Notes: a model not told the origin generated them from the letters alone. Shown: positions 39,951-53,901, counted from the stretch's first letter. The stretch: 64,000 nucleotides of DNA from Candidatus Oxydemutator sp. (GCA_965203445.1 OZ241883.1:1248001-1312000); one strand, 5' to 3'. Translations and numbers: made by a program.

Positions 39951-40676
39951 TTGAACGAATCACGTATTCAGATCGCGGATCGCCATATCCTATACGATAG
40001 CGACGGCGCCTTCGACCCCGCCTGGTTCGATACCGCTCCCGGTTCGGGTGCGCGCGCGCGCGCGGAATCGTCGTTCGAGGCCGCCGCCGGCGGCAGGAAC
40101 CGCGCGGAATTCTTCCAAGCCGACGGCGCCGAATACTTCATCAAGCACTACGCGCGCGGCGGTTTTCCGGCGCGCCTCGTCGCGGACCGCTATCTCTACA
40201 CCGGCCGGGATCGTTCGCGCTCGTTCGCCGAGTGGCGGCTGCTCGCCGCGCTCAGCCACGGCGGCCTGCCGGTGCCGCGACCGGTGGCCGCGTCGTGCGC
40301 GCGCCGTGGCGCGTGTTACACCGCCGGCTTGATAACGGCCAGTTGTCGTCCGGCGCGACCGCTGGCGAAGCTTCTGCGCGAGGCGCCGCTCGGCGAACGC
40401 GGATGGCGCGCCATCGGCAGGACTATCCGCCGTTTTCACGACGAGGGCGTATGGCATGCCGACTTGAACGCACATAATATTCTGATGACGGACGCCGCCG
40501 GCGTAGTTCTGGTGGACTTCGACCGCGCGCGCCTGCGCGCGGACGCCCGCGCCTGGAGGCGCGCCAATATCGAGCGCTTGCGGCGTTCCCTCGACAAACT
40601 GGCGGCGCGCTCCGGTGCGCTGCACTTTGGCGGCGACGACTTCGACGCGCTGCGCGACGCCTATTGCGGCGGCTGA
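39951..40676 (+). CDS. kdkA: 3-deoxy-D-manno-octulosonic acid (Kdo) kinase
   Basis: HYARGG, LPVPRPVAA, HADLNAHNIL, VDFDR. Confidence 0.92.
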   Translation: MNESRIQIADRHILYDSDGAFDPAWFDTAPGSGARARAESSFEAAAGGRNRAEFFQADGAEYFIKHYARGGFPARLVADRYLYTGRDRSRSFAEWRLLAALSHGGLPVPRPVAASCARRGACYTAGLITASCRPARPLAKLLREAPLGERGWRAIGRTIRRFHDEGVWHADLNAHNILMTDAAGVVLVDFDRARLRADARAWRRANIERLRRSLDKLAARSGALHFGGDDFDALRDAYCGG

Positions 40677-40686
40677 CGCGCGTGAA

Positions 40687-40730
40687 CCTCCCGCCTCCCG
40701 ATCCGTCATATAGGGGAGAGGCGGGGCGGC
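40687..40730. terminator. Possible hairpin terminator between convergent kdkA and waaA
   Basis: Imperfect inverted repeat CCCGCCTCCC...GAGAGGCGGG; no U-tract. Confidence 0.3.
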
Positions 40731-40739
40731 GCCTGCCGC

Positions 40740-41981
40740 TTACAGCCCAAGCGCTTGCAGGCGCTGTACGTAGCGCGTGGCGACGTCGCTTTGTTCGCGC
40801 ATCAACGCGGCGGCGTTGGCGGCCATCTCGCGGTAGCCGCCGCGGACCGCCCGCGCAAAAATCGGGCCGAGCTCGGAGGCGTCGTTCACGACTAACAAGC
40901 CGCCGGCCTCGCGCAGCGCGCGCGCCTCCTCGGCGACTTGCTCCAGGTGTGACCCGGTCGCCTGAGGCGTGCCGAGTCGTGCCGCTTCCAGCAGGTTGTG
41001 CCCGCCTTTTGCGACCAGCGAACCGCCGAGAAAAACGAATTGCGCGTGGCGTATCAGCACGGGCAGCCGGCCGATACCGCAAAACAGGCGAATGGCGGCG
41101 CCTTCTTCGTTTGTGCCTCGCGCGTCTTCGCCGCCCCGTGCGACCGCGAAACCGGCGCGCCGCAGTTGCCTTGCGATTGCGGCGCAGCGTTGCGGATGCC
41201 GGGGCGCTATGACCAGCGCCGCGTCGCCGACGTCGGCGGCGCGCCACGCGTCGGCGACGGCTATTTCCTCTCCGGCGTGGGTCGAGGCGGCGAGGCAATA
41301 CGGCCGCCCGATCAGAGGGCGCTCATTTGCCGGCGCGCGCGCCGCCAACCCGACCGCGTATTTCAGGTTGCCGCAGGTCTCGGTTTTCTCCGGCGGCGCG
41401 CCGAGCACGACGAAGTTGTCGCGGTCGCGCGCGGACTTCGCCAGCACCCTATGCACGTGGGCCAGGCTTTGGCGGTAGTAATCCCTGACGTAGCGCGCCG
41501 GTCGCAGCGTCTTGTCCGACAGCCGCCCGTTGACGATGATCACCGGAACGCCGCGCGTGGCGCATTCGCCGAACAGGTTGAGCCAGATCTCGGCTTCCAT
41601 GATCAGCGCGCAGCGTGGCCGCGTCTTTCGCAGAAAGCGCCTCGCCAGCGACGGGTAATCCAGCGGCAGGTAGCAATGACGCATACCGGCGGGCGCCTTT
41701 TGCAGAAACAGCCGGCGCGCGGTCGTCGTCGTGCTGGTCAACAGAACGTCGTCGTCGGGACGCGCGGCGCGCCACGCCTCGGCCAGCGCCAACGCGGTGT
41801 TGAGCTCGCCGACCGAGGCGCAATGTATCCATACCGGCGGTCGCCGCGACGCGGGCAGGCACAGTCCGAGGCGCTGCGGCAGGTAGCGCGCGCAGCGGTC
41901 GCGCGCGGCCAGCGTCGCGGTGTGCAGCAGCACCGCGGGAAACAGCAACCGCAGCAGATTACAGTACAGGAAAGGCAGCAT
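40740..41981 (-). CDS. waaA: Kdo transferase
   Basis: WIHCASVGE, YLPLD, NGRLS, GNLKY, ASTHAGEE, APRHPQR, GGHNLLEAA. Confidence 0.93.
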   Translation of the reverse strand: MLPFLYCNLLRLLFPAVLLHTATLAARDRCARYLPQRLGLCLPASRRPPVWIHCASVGELNTALALAEAWRAARPDDDVLLTSTTTTARRLFLQKAPAGMRHCYLPLDYPSLARRFLRKTRPRCALIMEAEIWLNLFGECATRGVPVIIVNGRLSDKTLRPARYVRDYYRQSLAHVHRVLAKSARDRDNFVVLGAPPEKTETCGNLKYAVGLAARAPANERPLIGRPYCLAASTHAGEEIAVADAWRAADVGDAALVIAPRHPQRCAAIARQLRRAGFAVARGGEDARGTNEEGAAIRLFCGIGRLPVLIRHAQFVFLGGSLVAKGGHNLLEAARLGTPQATGSHLEQVAEEARALREAGGLLVVNDASELGPIFARAVRGGYREMAANAAALMREQSDVATRYVQRLQALGL

Positions 41982-42037
41982 GATCGCGCGGCTTGGAAAA
42001 CACCGCGCTCACGCGGCGGGCGCGGGAGAGGCGTTGT

Positions 42038-45673
<3,636 letters not shown>

Positions 45674-45770
45674 GCAGCGCCGTTTTTGCAGCCCTGCTTT
45701 TGTTACTATAGCGGAGCTTGTGCCCACCCCACGGGCAACGTCGTGGTGACTACGGGCACTGGCCACGCGT

Positions 45771-47078
45771 ATGCAGACCCCTCCCTCGGATATGTTCGTC
45801 GACGGCGCAGAGACGCGCCAGCCCGAGGCTACTCGGAAAACCGCGACGGTTTATGAAAAGAGAGAGTACAGGGTGAAAAGTGCCGCTGAGGCGAAAAGAA
45901 TTTCCACCAGGTATATAGAAAGCATCGAGTTGGGGAAGGCCGTTTCTTTTGGCCTTCCCGAAGTGGATGATCGGTACCACGTCTGGCGCGTTCCACTGAA
46001 GAGCGAGGGCGGCTCCAAAATCGGCGAAATTGTGATAGACGCGCGCACGAGCTTGATTCAGGAGGAAAGAACCACCAGGAAGAAGATTCTTGAGGCAAGA
46101 ATTTTGGGCAGGGACGCGGGCGTAAAAACTGGGCGAACTTCCAAAAATGACGCGCCCAAATTGTCGAACGTCAGAAACACCGTGGGCTTGGGGGACAGCG
46201 AGACTTTGCTCATGGATACTCCTTCACAAGCCATTGATCTCGTTTTTACGTCGCCTCCTTACTACAACGCGAGGCTCGAATACTCGGACTACATTCAGTA
46301 TGAGGAGTATTTGCTAAAAATGAGGAAAGTAATCAGTCAATGCCACAGGGTTTTGAACGAGGGCCGCTTTTTCGTGATGAACGTGTCTCCGGTCTTGATC
46401 CGGCGGGCGAACCGCAATGCTTCTTCCAGAAGAATTGCGATACCGTTTGACTTTCACCGCCTCTTTATCGAACAAGGTTTTGAATTCGTTGACGACATTA
46501 TCTGGGTCAAGCCGGAGGGGGCGGGATGGGCCACCGGGCGCGGCCGAAGGTTTTCGGCTGACAGAAACCCGCTCCAATACAAACCCGTTCCGGTGACGGA
46601 ATATGTTCTGGTTTACAGGAAGAAAACGGACAAACTGATTGACTGGCACATCAGAAAGCACCCGTGCAGGGATTCGGTCGAAAAATCGAAAATCAAAGAC
46701 GGATACGAGGTTACAAACGTGTGGAGAATAAGTCCCAGCCGCAATAAAAATCATCCCGCCGTTTTTCCCCTCGAATTGGCCGAGAAGGTAATATCGTATT
46801 ATTCATTCGTCAATGACGTCGTCCTCGATCCTTTCGCGGGAATCGGAACCGTCGGTGAAGCCGCATGCCGGCTTGATCGGCGGTTTGTTCTTTTCGAGGT
46901 CAACGAAAAGTACGTCAATACGATAAAGAGTAACGTAGAAAACTGGCTGCCGAAAAAAGGGGCTGAAGACGTTAATTGGATTAACTGCGAGCCCATGGCA
47001 AATATAAACAACGGCTTCGATCCATGTCAATTCCGCGATGCAGGAGGTCAACGTCGGAGAATTCGTGGCCTGGACTAA
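45771..47078 (+). CDS. Orphan beta-class N4-cytosine/N6-adenine DNA methyltransferase with an N-terminal extension
   Basis: FTSPPYYN precedes HPAVFP and LDPFAGIGT; AT-richer than flanks. Confidence 0.9.
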   Translation: MQTPPSDMFVDGAETRQPEATRKTATVYEKREYRVKSAAEAKRISTRYIESIELGKAVSFGLPEVDDRYHVWRVPLKSEGGSKIGEIVIDARTSLIQEERTTRKKILEARILGRDAGVKTGRTSKNDAPKLSNVRNTVGLGDSETLLMDTPSQAIDLVFTSPPYYNARLEYSDYIQYEEYLLKMRKVISQCHRVLNEGRFFVMNVSPVLIRRANRNASSRRIAIPFDFHRLFIEQGFEFVDDIIWVKPEGAGWATGRGRRFSADRNPLQYKPVPVTEYVLVYRKKTDKLIDWHIRKHPCRDSVEKSKIKDGYEVTNVWRISPSRNKNHPAVFPLELAEKVISYYSFVNDVVLDPFAGIGTVGEAACRLDRRFVLFEVNEKYVNTIKSNVENWLPKKGAEDVNWINCEPMANINNGFDPCQFRDAGGQRRRIRGLD

Positions 47079-47097
47079 GGGCCCGTCGGATTGGTAG

Positions 47098-48948
47098 TTG
47101 ATTTCCCGTCCTCTCGCTGCGTTTTCGCTGCTCCTGTTTGCCGCTGCGATTGTGGACGCGCGCTCGGCGTCCGGCGACGCCGAGCGTCTGGTTGTGACCG
47201 CGACGCGGCTGCCGACGCCGCCGGAGCGCGTAGGCAACAGCGTCACCGTCGTCACGGCCGACGACATTCGGCGGCGCCAGTACCGCTCTTTGTCCGACGC
47301 GCTTGACGGCGTTCCCGGTCTGCACGTATCGCCGTCGGGCGGGCGCGGCGCGCAGACTTCGGTGTTCGTGCGCGGCGCCGAGTCCGATCACGTGCTGGTG
47401 CTGGTGGACGGCGTCGAGATGGGCGATCCGGCGTCCGGCTTCTTCGATTTCGGCGATTTCTCGCTGGACGACGTTGCGCGTATCGAGGTCGTGCGCGGCG
47501 CGCACGGCGCGCAGTACGGTTCTGAGGCGATCGGCGGCGTGATTCACGTGATCACGCGGCGCGGTGCGGGCGCCGCCACGTCGTCGTGGCGCGGGCGCGT
47601 CGAGGCCGGCTCGTTCGGCACCGAGCAGGCCGCGTTTGCGGCGTCCGGCGTCGCCGGCGCTTTTGATTATTCGGCGAACGTTTCGCGTCTCTACAGCGAC
47701 GGCGAGAGCTTCACGCCGCGCACTCCCGACTATGAGCGCGACGGCTACCAACGCCTCGCCGCCGGGCTGAACTTGGGCTGGCGCGCGGGCGACGCGACGC
47801 GGCTTTCGTTGTCGTCCGGTTACGAGGACTTTGCCGGCGAATACGACGCGGGTGCGGGCGAAAATCCGGCTTCTGAGGAGCGTGGCCACGCGCACCGCGC
47901 GGCGCTGTCCCTCGACGGCGAGTATTTCGACGGCTTTTGGAAACCGCGCTGGTCGGCGGCGTATTTCTCGAGAAGCGTGAAGGATCGCGAACGCGACGTG
48001 CGCACCAACGACTCCGACGGGCGGCGTTTCAAGACGCGCTGGCAGAACGTCTTTTCTTTCGGCGCGCGTTGGCGATTGCTGGCCGGCGTCGAGAGCGAAC
48101 TCGAGAAGGCGCGCACCGGCGCGAACTTCAGCGCGAGCGCGCGCACGCGCGCGGCGCACGCGCAGTTGGAGTTCACGCCTTCATCGGCCGTGTCCGTCGT
48201 CGCCGGCTGGCGTCACGAAGATGCGGACGATTTCTCTGGCGAGAGAAGCCACGGCCTGTCCGCGGTGTGGACGCCGCATCCCGCGCTGCGCCTGCGCGCC
48301 GTCTACGGTACCGGCTTCAAGGCGCCGTCGCTGGCCGACCGCTTCCGCGATTTTCCGGCCTTTAACTTTTTCTCGAATCCGAACCTCGGCCCCGAAACCA
48401 GCCGCGGCTGGGAGGCCGGTTTCGACTGGAGCGGGCGCGACTGGAACGCCGGCGGCGTCTATTTCCGCAACGCGATCCGCGATCTGATCGCGGCCGACGA
48501 TTCGTTCACGACGCTTGTCAACCGCCGCCGCGCCTCGATAGAGGGCATCGAAAGCCACCTCGCGTGGCATCCGCGCGGGACGCTCGAGGCGCGCCTGGAT
48601 TACACGCTGACCAGCGCCTACGACGAGGCCGACCACCGGCGTCTGTTGCGCCGCCCGTTGCGCAACGCGACGTTCGCGCTGTGGTGGCGTCCGTGGCCGC
48701 GCACGTCGCTGCACTTGCAGGCGCGTTACACCGGGGCGACGGCCGATTTCGCGCGCGACGGTTCCGGGAGGGTACGCAAAGGCGGCTATTCGGTGTTTCG
48801 CCTGAGCGCGCGCCATCGTCTGCGCGACGGCGTCCACTGGCTGGTGCGCGCGGAGAATCTGTTCGACAAGGACTACCAGCCGGTGGATGGCTTTCGGGGA
48901 GCCGGCGTTGAATGGTTCACCGGACTGTCGTTTGCAATACCGGAGTAA
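47098..48948 (+). CDS. TonB-dependent receptor, BtuB-like
   Basis: LVVTATR, plug region VRGAESDHVLVLVDG, YGSEAIGGVI, ENLFDKDY. Next to a BtuF-like gene. Confidence 0.85.
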   Translation: MISRPLAAFSLLLFAAAIVDARSASGDAERLVVTATRLPTPPERVGNSVTVVTADDIRRRQYRSLSDALDGVPGLHVSPSGGRGAQTSVFVRGAESDHVLVLVDGVEMGDPASGFFDFGDFSLDDVARIEVVRGAHGAQYGSEAIGGVIHVITRRGAGAATSSWRGRVEAGSFGTEQAAFAASGVAGAFDYSANVSRLYSDGESFTPRTPDYERDGYQRLAAGLNLGWRAGDATRLSLSSGYEDFAGEYDAGAGENPASEERGHAHRAALSLDGEYFDGFWKPRWSAAYFSRSVKDRERDVRTNDSDGRRFKTRWQNVFSFGARWRLLAGVESELEKARTGANFSASARTRAAHAQLEFTPSSAVSVVAGWRHEDADDFSGERSHGLSAVWTPHPALRLRAVYGTGFKAPSLADRFRDFPAFNFFSNPNLGPETSRGWEAGFDWSGRDWNAGGVYFRNAIRDLIAADDSFTTLVNRRRASIEGIESHLAWHPRGTLEARLDYTLTSAYDEADHRRLLRRPLRNATFALWWRPWPRTSLHLQARYTGATADFARDGSGRVRKGGYSVFRLSARHRLRDGVHWLVRAENLFDKDYQPVDGFRGAGVEWFTGLSFAIPE

Positions 48949-49832
48949 TCTGGTATGCGCGGCGACGTGCGCGGCCGTCGCGCGGCGATCAGGCGGCAGA
49001 TGGTCTCGACGCCGTCGGCCAGGCGCAGTGACGGACGCTGCACCAGATCGGGGTGGACGTAGGCGGTTTCGACGCGCTTGGCGAACAGCGCCGCGACCGC
49101 GTCTTCGCCGAAGTCCCGGGCGATGCCGTGTAACACCAGCTCGGCGCCGGTCATCAGCGCCGTCTCGCGGCTTACGATGGCGAATCCGGCGCCGGCGTCG
49201 GCGAGCACGTTGACGCCGCCGCAGGACTCGAGTGCGGCCGAGATCCAGGTATCGCGGCCGGCCGCCATCAACGGCGCGTCCCACACTATGTACAGCGTTT
49301 TTTGGCGGCGCGCGCCGGCGCCGTAGGTGACGCGCAGCGCATTCATGCGCCGCCGAAAGCGCTCCGCCTCGCGCGCCGCGTGCGCGGCGCGGCCGGTCAA
49401 TCTGCCGATGGCCTCGAGATTGCGCGCGACGTCGTCGAACGACTTCGGTTGCGATACCCAGACGTTCAGGCCGAGCGCGTCCATGCGCCGCAGAGCCGCG
49501 TGTTTCAAGCCCGCGCCCCAGACCAGCACCAGCTCGGGCGCGAGCATGACCAGCCGTTCATAGTTGATGGAGCGATAATCGGCGACGCGCGGCAGCGACG
49601 CCACCCGCGCCGGGTAATCGCAATGTGCCGAGACCCCGACCAGCCGCTCGCCGGCGCCGGCCGAGTACACCAGCTCGGTCAGATGCGGCGCGAGCGAGAC
49701 GACGCTCGCCGCGGGCGTATCGCGCGTGACTTCCCGGCCCCAGTCGTCGGTTGCGCCGATGCCCGCGGCCGCCGTGGGCACCGCCGCCAGACAACACGCC
49801 CAACGTGCCGCGACGATCGTCCGTCGTTTCAT
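48873..49832 (-). CDS. btuF: Cobalamin-binding periplasmic protein (BtuF-like)
   Basis: VVSLAPHLTELVYSAGAG, CDYP, CGGVNV, QRPSLRL. The 3' end overlaps the receptor gene by 76 bp. Start 49832 or 49847. Confidence 0.8.
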   Translation of the reverse strand: MKRRTIVAARWACCLAAVPTAAAGIGATDDWGREVTRDTPAASVVSLAPHLTELVYSAGAGERLVGVSAHCDYPARVASLPRVADYRSINYERLVMLAPELVLVWGAGLKHAALRRMDALGLNVWVSQPKSFDDVARNLEAIGRLTGRAAHAAREAERFRRRMNALRVTYGAGARRQKTLYIVWDAPLMAAGRDTWISAALESCGGVNVLADAGAGFAIVSRETALMTGAELVLHGIARDFGEDAVAALFAKRVETAYVHPDLVQRPSLRLADGVETICRLIAARRPRTSPRIPDYSGIANDSPVNHSTPAPRKPSTGW

Positions 49833-49908
49833 CGTCCGCGCGCCCATGGCCGGCATTGTATAAGCTAAGCGGCGCCTGTGGCACAATAGCGGCGCGTCGC
49901 GCGAACGC

Positions 49909-51861
49909 ATGAAGCTTATGTTGTTGATCGGCAAGTTGTCGGCGTGTCTTGCGGTGCTTTTGCTCCTCGTTCCGGCACCGGCGGCAGCGGCGGCGCCAGC
50001 GGCGGACGTCGAGGCGCAGAGAACGTCGTTCGACAGGATCGAGAGAGACCTCAAGCGCGGCAAGCGCGGGTCCTGGCGCAGATTCTCCGGGTCTTTGCGC
50101 GATTATCCGCTGTACCCGTACCTGGTCTATCGCGATCTGGAGCGGCGCCTCTCGCAGGTCGCCGACGACGAGGTCGTGGCCTTTCTTGCGCGCCACGACG
50201 GGTCGCCGGTGGCCGACAAATTGCGCCACAAGTGGCTCAAGCAGCGTGCGCGCCGCGGCCGCTGGCGCCCGTTCGTCGAGCATTACGCGCCGAGCAAATA
50301 CGTGATCGACAAGGCGATGCCGTGTCTGTACGCGAAAGCGCTGCTGCGCACCAAGCGCCTCGAGGAGGCCGCCGCGGCGGTGCGCGCGCTGTGGCTGGTC
50401 GGTTTCTCGCAACCTTCCGAATGCGACGAAGTTTTCCGGTGGGCCTTGCGCCGGGGCGTCGTCGGCGAGGCCCTGGTGTGGCAGCGGATCCTGCTGGTCG
50501 TGCGCCAGGGTCGGCTGCGCCTGGCCGGGCATCTGTCGCGGCATCTCGGCGTGCCCGCGCGCGCGCACTATCGCCTGCTTGTGCGCGCGCATCGGCACCC
50601 GTTTCGCACCTTGCGCGAGGTATCGCGCCATCCGCCGTCGTCGTCGCGCGTGCGCGACGTGCTGGCCCACGCCATGCGCCGCGCGCAGCGCGCCGACCTG
50701 GGGCGTGCGCGGGCGTCGTGGCCGGGTTTGCGCGGCGCTTTCGCCGATTATCCGGATTGGCTGCACCGTGCCGCGCACGACTTCGGCTTGGCGGCGGCGC
50801 GGCAACTGCAACCGGAGCTTGCCTACGAATTTTTGTCGCGCCTGCCGCCGGCGCACCGCAGCGAAGAGGCGCGCTTGTGGATGACGCGCTCGGCCTTGCG
50901 CATGGAGAACTGGCATTACGTGCTGCACGCGATCGCGTTGTTGGACGAGAAGCGGCGCGGCGAGGCGCAATGGCGCTACTGGAGGGCGCGCGCGTTGTAC
51001 GGCGTCGGACGGCGCGCTCAGGCCGCGGCGATCTGGCGGGCGCTCGCGCGCGACGGCAATTACTATGGTTATCTGGCCGCCGACAGGAGCGGCGCCGCCT
51101 ACCGCCTCGACGGCGCGCCGCCCGACTTCCTGGAGCGTGAACTGGCGACGTTGCAAAGCAGGCCGGCGGTGACACGCGCGTACGAATTTTTCACGTTGCG
51201 GCGGCCTTTCGACGCGCGCCGGGAATTGGCCTATCTGGTGGACGACCTCGATACGGCGACGCGCGTGAAGCTTGCGGTGCTGTGCCGTGACTGGGGTTGG
51301 GCCGCCGGCACCGTGCAGGCGCTCGCGCACGAAGATTTTCACGGCGAGCTTGCGTTGCGCTATCCGGTGCCGTGGCCCGAACTGGTCGCCCGGGAGGCGC
51401 GCCGCGCACGCGTTCCGGAGTACTGGCTATATGCGGTCATGCGCCGCGAGAGCGCGTTTTTGGCCGCGGTCAAGTCGCCGGCCGGGGCGATCGGCCTGAT
51501 GCAGCTGATGCCGGCAACCGCGCGCGTCGTCGCGCGCAAGCTGCGTCTGCGGCGGCCGTCGCGCCGCAGCCTGACCGAACCGGCCTTGAATCTTCGTCTG
51601 GGCGCGACCTACCTCAGGCAACTCTACAATCTGAACGGCGGCCGTCTGGCGCCGGCTCTGGCCTCCTACAACGCCGGCTACAGCCGCGCCAAGCGCTGGC
51701 TTGCGGCCACGCCGACGGCCGCGCCCGACGTCTGGGTGGACACGATTCCGATAGACGAGACCAGGCGCTACGTGCGCGCGGTATTGTTCTACGTGACCGT
51801 GTACCAGCACAAGCTCGAAGGGCGGGCGCAGCGGCTGCAATCGGTGATGGCGATACGCTGA
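49909..51861 (+). CDS. slt: Soluble lytic murein transglycosylase (Slt70-like)
   Basis: DYPLYPYL, MRRESAF, GAIGLMQLMPATA, SYNAG, ETRRYV. Confidence 0.92.
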   Translation: MKLMLLIGKLSACLAVLLLLVPAPAAAAAPAADVEAQRTSFDRIERDLKRGKRGSWRRFSGSLRDYPLYPYLVYRDLERRLSQVADDEVVAFLARHDGSPVADKLRHKWLKQRARRGRWRPFVEHYAPSKYVIDKAMPCLYAKALLRTKRLEEAAAAVRALWLVGFSQPSECDEVFRWALRRGVVGEALVWQRILLVVRQGRLRLAGHLSRHLGVPARAHYRLLVRAHRHPFRTLREVSRHPPSSSRVRDVLAHAMRRAQRADLGRARASWPGLRGAFADYPDWLHRAAHDFGLAAARQLQPELAYEFLSRLPPAHRSEEARLWMTRSALRMENWHYVLHAIALLDEKRRGEAQWRYWRARALYGVGRRAQAAAIWRALARDGNYYGYLAADRSGAAYRLDGAPPDFLERELATLQSRPAVTRAYEFFTLRRPFDARRELAYLVDDLDTATRVKLAVLCRDWGWAAGTVQALAHEDFHGELALRYPVPWPELVAREARRARVPEYWLYAVMRRESAFLAAVKSPAGAIGLMQLMPATARVVARKLRLRRPSRRSLTEPALNLRLGATYLRQLYNLNGGRLAPALASYNAGYSRAKRWLAATPTAAPDVWVDTIPIDETRRYVRAVLFYVTVYQHKLEGRAQRLQSVMAIR

Positions 51862-51922
51862 GACGGGACGCCGGGATGGGCGCCTAGGCGGGGCGCCGGC
51901 GCGCGCGCCTTGCCGCGCGGCG

Positions 51923-53191
51923 TCAGGCGACGGCCTTTTCGATGGCTTGGTCTATGTCGGCGATCAGATCGTCGACGTGTTCGATGCCGATGGACAGGCG
52001 CACCAGATCCTCGGTGACGCCGGCGTCTCGCAGCTCCGCGGCCGCCAGCTGGCGATGGGTGGTCGTCGCCGGGTGGCACGCCAGGGAGCGCGCGTCGCCG
52101 ATGTTGACCAGGCGCAGTATCAGTTGCAGCGCGTCTATGAAACGCGCCCCCGCCTCCTTGCCGCCCTCGATGCCGAAGCTCAGGATGCCGGCGGCCCTGC
52201 CGTTCATGTAGCGGTGCACCAGCGCGTGGTCGGGATGGTCCTCGAGTCCCGCGTAGTTGACCCACGTGACCTTCGGGTGCGCCTCGAGATGACGCGCGAC
52301 CGCCAGCGCGTTGTCGGAATGGCGCTCTATGCGCAGCGGCAGCGTCTCTATCCCCTGCAACACCAGGAAACTGTTGAACGGCGACAGCGCCGCGCCCATG
52401 TTGCGCAGCGGCACGACGCGCGCGCGCCCGATGTAGGCCGCCGCGCCCATGGCCTCGGTATAGGAGACGCCGTGATACGAGGGATCCGGTTCGGTCATCA
52501 TCGGATAGCGCGCGACGTGGTCGCGCCACGGAAAGCGCCCGGAGTCAATGATGACGCCGCCGATGGTGCTGCCGTGCCCGCCCATGTACTTGGTCAGCGA
52601 ATGTACGACGACGTCGGCGCCGTGTTCGAAAGGCCGGCACAGGCACGGCGTCGGCACCGTGTTGTCCACCATCAGCGGCACGCCGCGCGCGTGGCAGACC
52701 TCGGCCATCGCGGCCAGGTCGGCGACATTGCCCGCCGGGTTGCCTAATGATTCGCAGAATACGGCCTTGGTGGCGTCGTCCATCCTGCCGGCGATGTCCT
52801 CCGGTTCGGCGAAGCGCACCTCGATGCCGAGGCGCGGGAAGGTGTGCGCGAACAGGTTGTAGGTGCCGCCGTAGAGTTTGCTGGTCGAGACCACGTTGTC
52901 GCCGTTTTCGGCAATCGTCAGCACCGCGTAGGTGATGGCGGCCATGCCCGACGACAGCGCCAGGGCGCCGACGCCGCCCTCCATCTCGGCGACGCGCTTT
53001 TCCAGCACCGCGGTCGTCGGGTTCATGATGCGCGTGTAGATGTTGCCCTCGACCTTGAGGTCGAACAGGTCGGCGCCGTGCTGCGTGTCCTCGAAGGTGT
53101 AGGAGGTGGTCTGGTATATCGGTGTGACCGCCGCGCGCGTCGTCGGTTCCGACTGATAGCCGCCGTGGATCGCTATGGTTTCAATTTTCAT
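51923..53191 (-). CDS. metY: O-acetylhomoserine aminocarboxypropyltransferase
   Basis: PIYQTTSY, GNIYTRIMNPT, HSLTKYMGGHG, NIGDARSL, HPATTTH. Confidence 0.92.
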   Translation of the reverse strand: MKIETIAIHGGYQSEPTTRAAVTPIYQTTSYTFEDTQHGADLFDLKVEGNIYTRIMNPTTAVLEKRVAEMEGGVGALALSSGMAAITYAVLTIAENGDNVVSTSKLYGGTYNLFAHTFPRLGIEVRFAEPEDIAGRMDDATKAVFCESLGNPAGNVADLAAMAEVCHARGVPLMVDNTVPTPCLCRPFEHGADVVVHSLTKYMGGHGSTIGGVIIDSGRFPWRDHVARYPMMTEPDPSYHGVSYTEAMGAAAYIGRARVVPLRNMGAALSPFNSFLVLQGIETLPLRIERHSDNALAVARHLEAHPKVTWVNYAGLEDHPDHALVHRYMNGRAAGILSFGIEGGKEAGARFIDALQLILRLVNIGDARSLACHPATTTHRQLAAAELRDAGVTEDLVRLSIGIEHVDDLIADIDQAIEKAVA

Positions 53192-53296
53192 GTCGGTTGC
53201 TTCCGGTTCCGTGAACGTTGTAAAGGGAACCAAATACTATATGCCCTCGTTTCCGAAAAGTCTATTGCTCGGTGCCGCCGACGCGGGAAATTGTCA

Positions 53297-53327
53297 GACC
53301 GGGTTCCCGCTTTCGCGGGCAATGGCG
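53297..53327 (-). repeat. Palindromic dispersed repeat (dRS3/RPE-like), copy 1
   Basis: Reverse complement CGCCATTGCCCGCGAAAGCGGGAACCCGGTC closely matches 59144-59173. Confidence 0.75.
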
Positions 53328-53439
53328 GACGTATCGCCGGACGTTTGTCCTTTCGGCTTTTTATACGTTGCGGTGTGTTCGTGTGCCGTGCACCGCCGAT
53401 ATTTTGTTGTATATAATGACGTCGCCTGCAAGCGTTATC

Positions 53440-53874
53440 ATGGAACGGATATTTCATTACACGGTGCACGACGGGGGCAAGGAGCTGACCAGTCTCCTCA
53501 AGCGGGTGGCGGATACTCTTCAGGAACGCAAGGTTGCGCGGGGCATCATCTCGCGTTTCGAGATCGCGCTGGAGGAACTTGTGCTGAACATCTTTACGCA
53601 CGGCGGCGGCGAGCGCGCCGTGGAGGTCGCCATCACCGGCAAGTCCGACGGCCAGTGGATAGACGTGACGGTAGTCGACGACGCTGACCCGTTCAATCCC
53701 CTAGACCGCGCCACGCCTTCCTCGATCACCGCGAAACTGGAGGAACGGCCGATAGGCGGTCTCGGCATACATCTGGTGCTGGAATTGATGGACGAGGTCA
53801 GCTACCGCCATGAGCGGGGGCGCAACTGCATGATCCTGCGCTGTCGCCGCGGGGCGGACGAGGTCGCGGACTAG
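53440..53874 (+). CDS. RsbW-like anti-sigma factor Ser/Thr kinase (HATPase_c)
   Basis: ALEELVLNIFTH, DDADPFNP, RPIGGLGIHLV, MDEVSY. Alternative start at 53416. Confidence 0.88.
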   Translation: MERIFHYTVHDGGKELTSLLKRVADTLQERKVARGIISRFEIALEELVLNIFTHGGGERAVEVAITGKSDGQWIDVTVVDDADPFNPLDRATPSSITAKLEERPIGGLGIHLVLELMDEVSYRHERGRNCMILRCRRGADEVAD

Positions 53875-53901
53875 GTGCCGCCGCGGGTCGGGCGCTTTTG
53901 A

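Noticed and set aside
53192-53415. SAM/SAH riboswitch upstream of metY
   Set aside because: No consensus recognised; the visible hairpin is the dispersed repeat.
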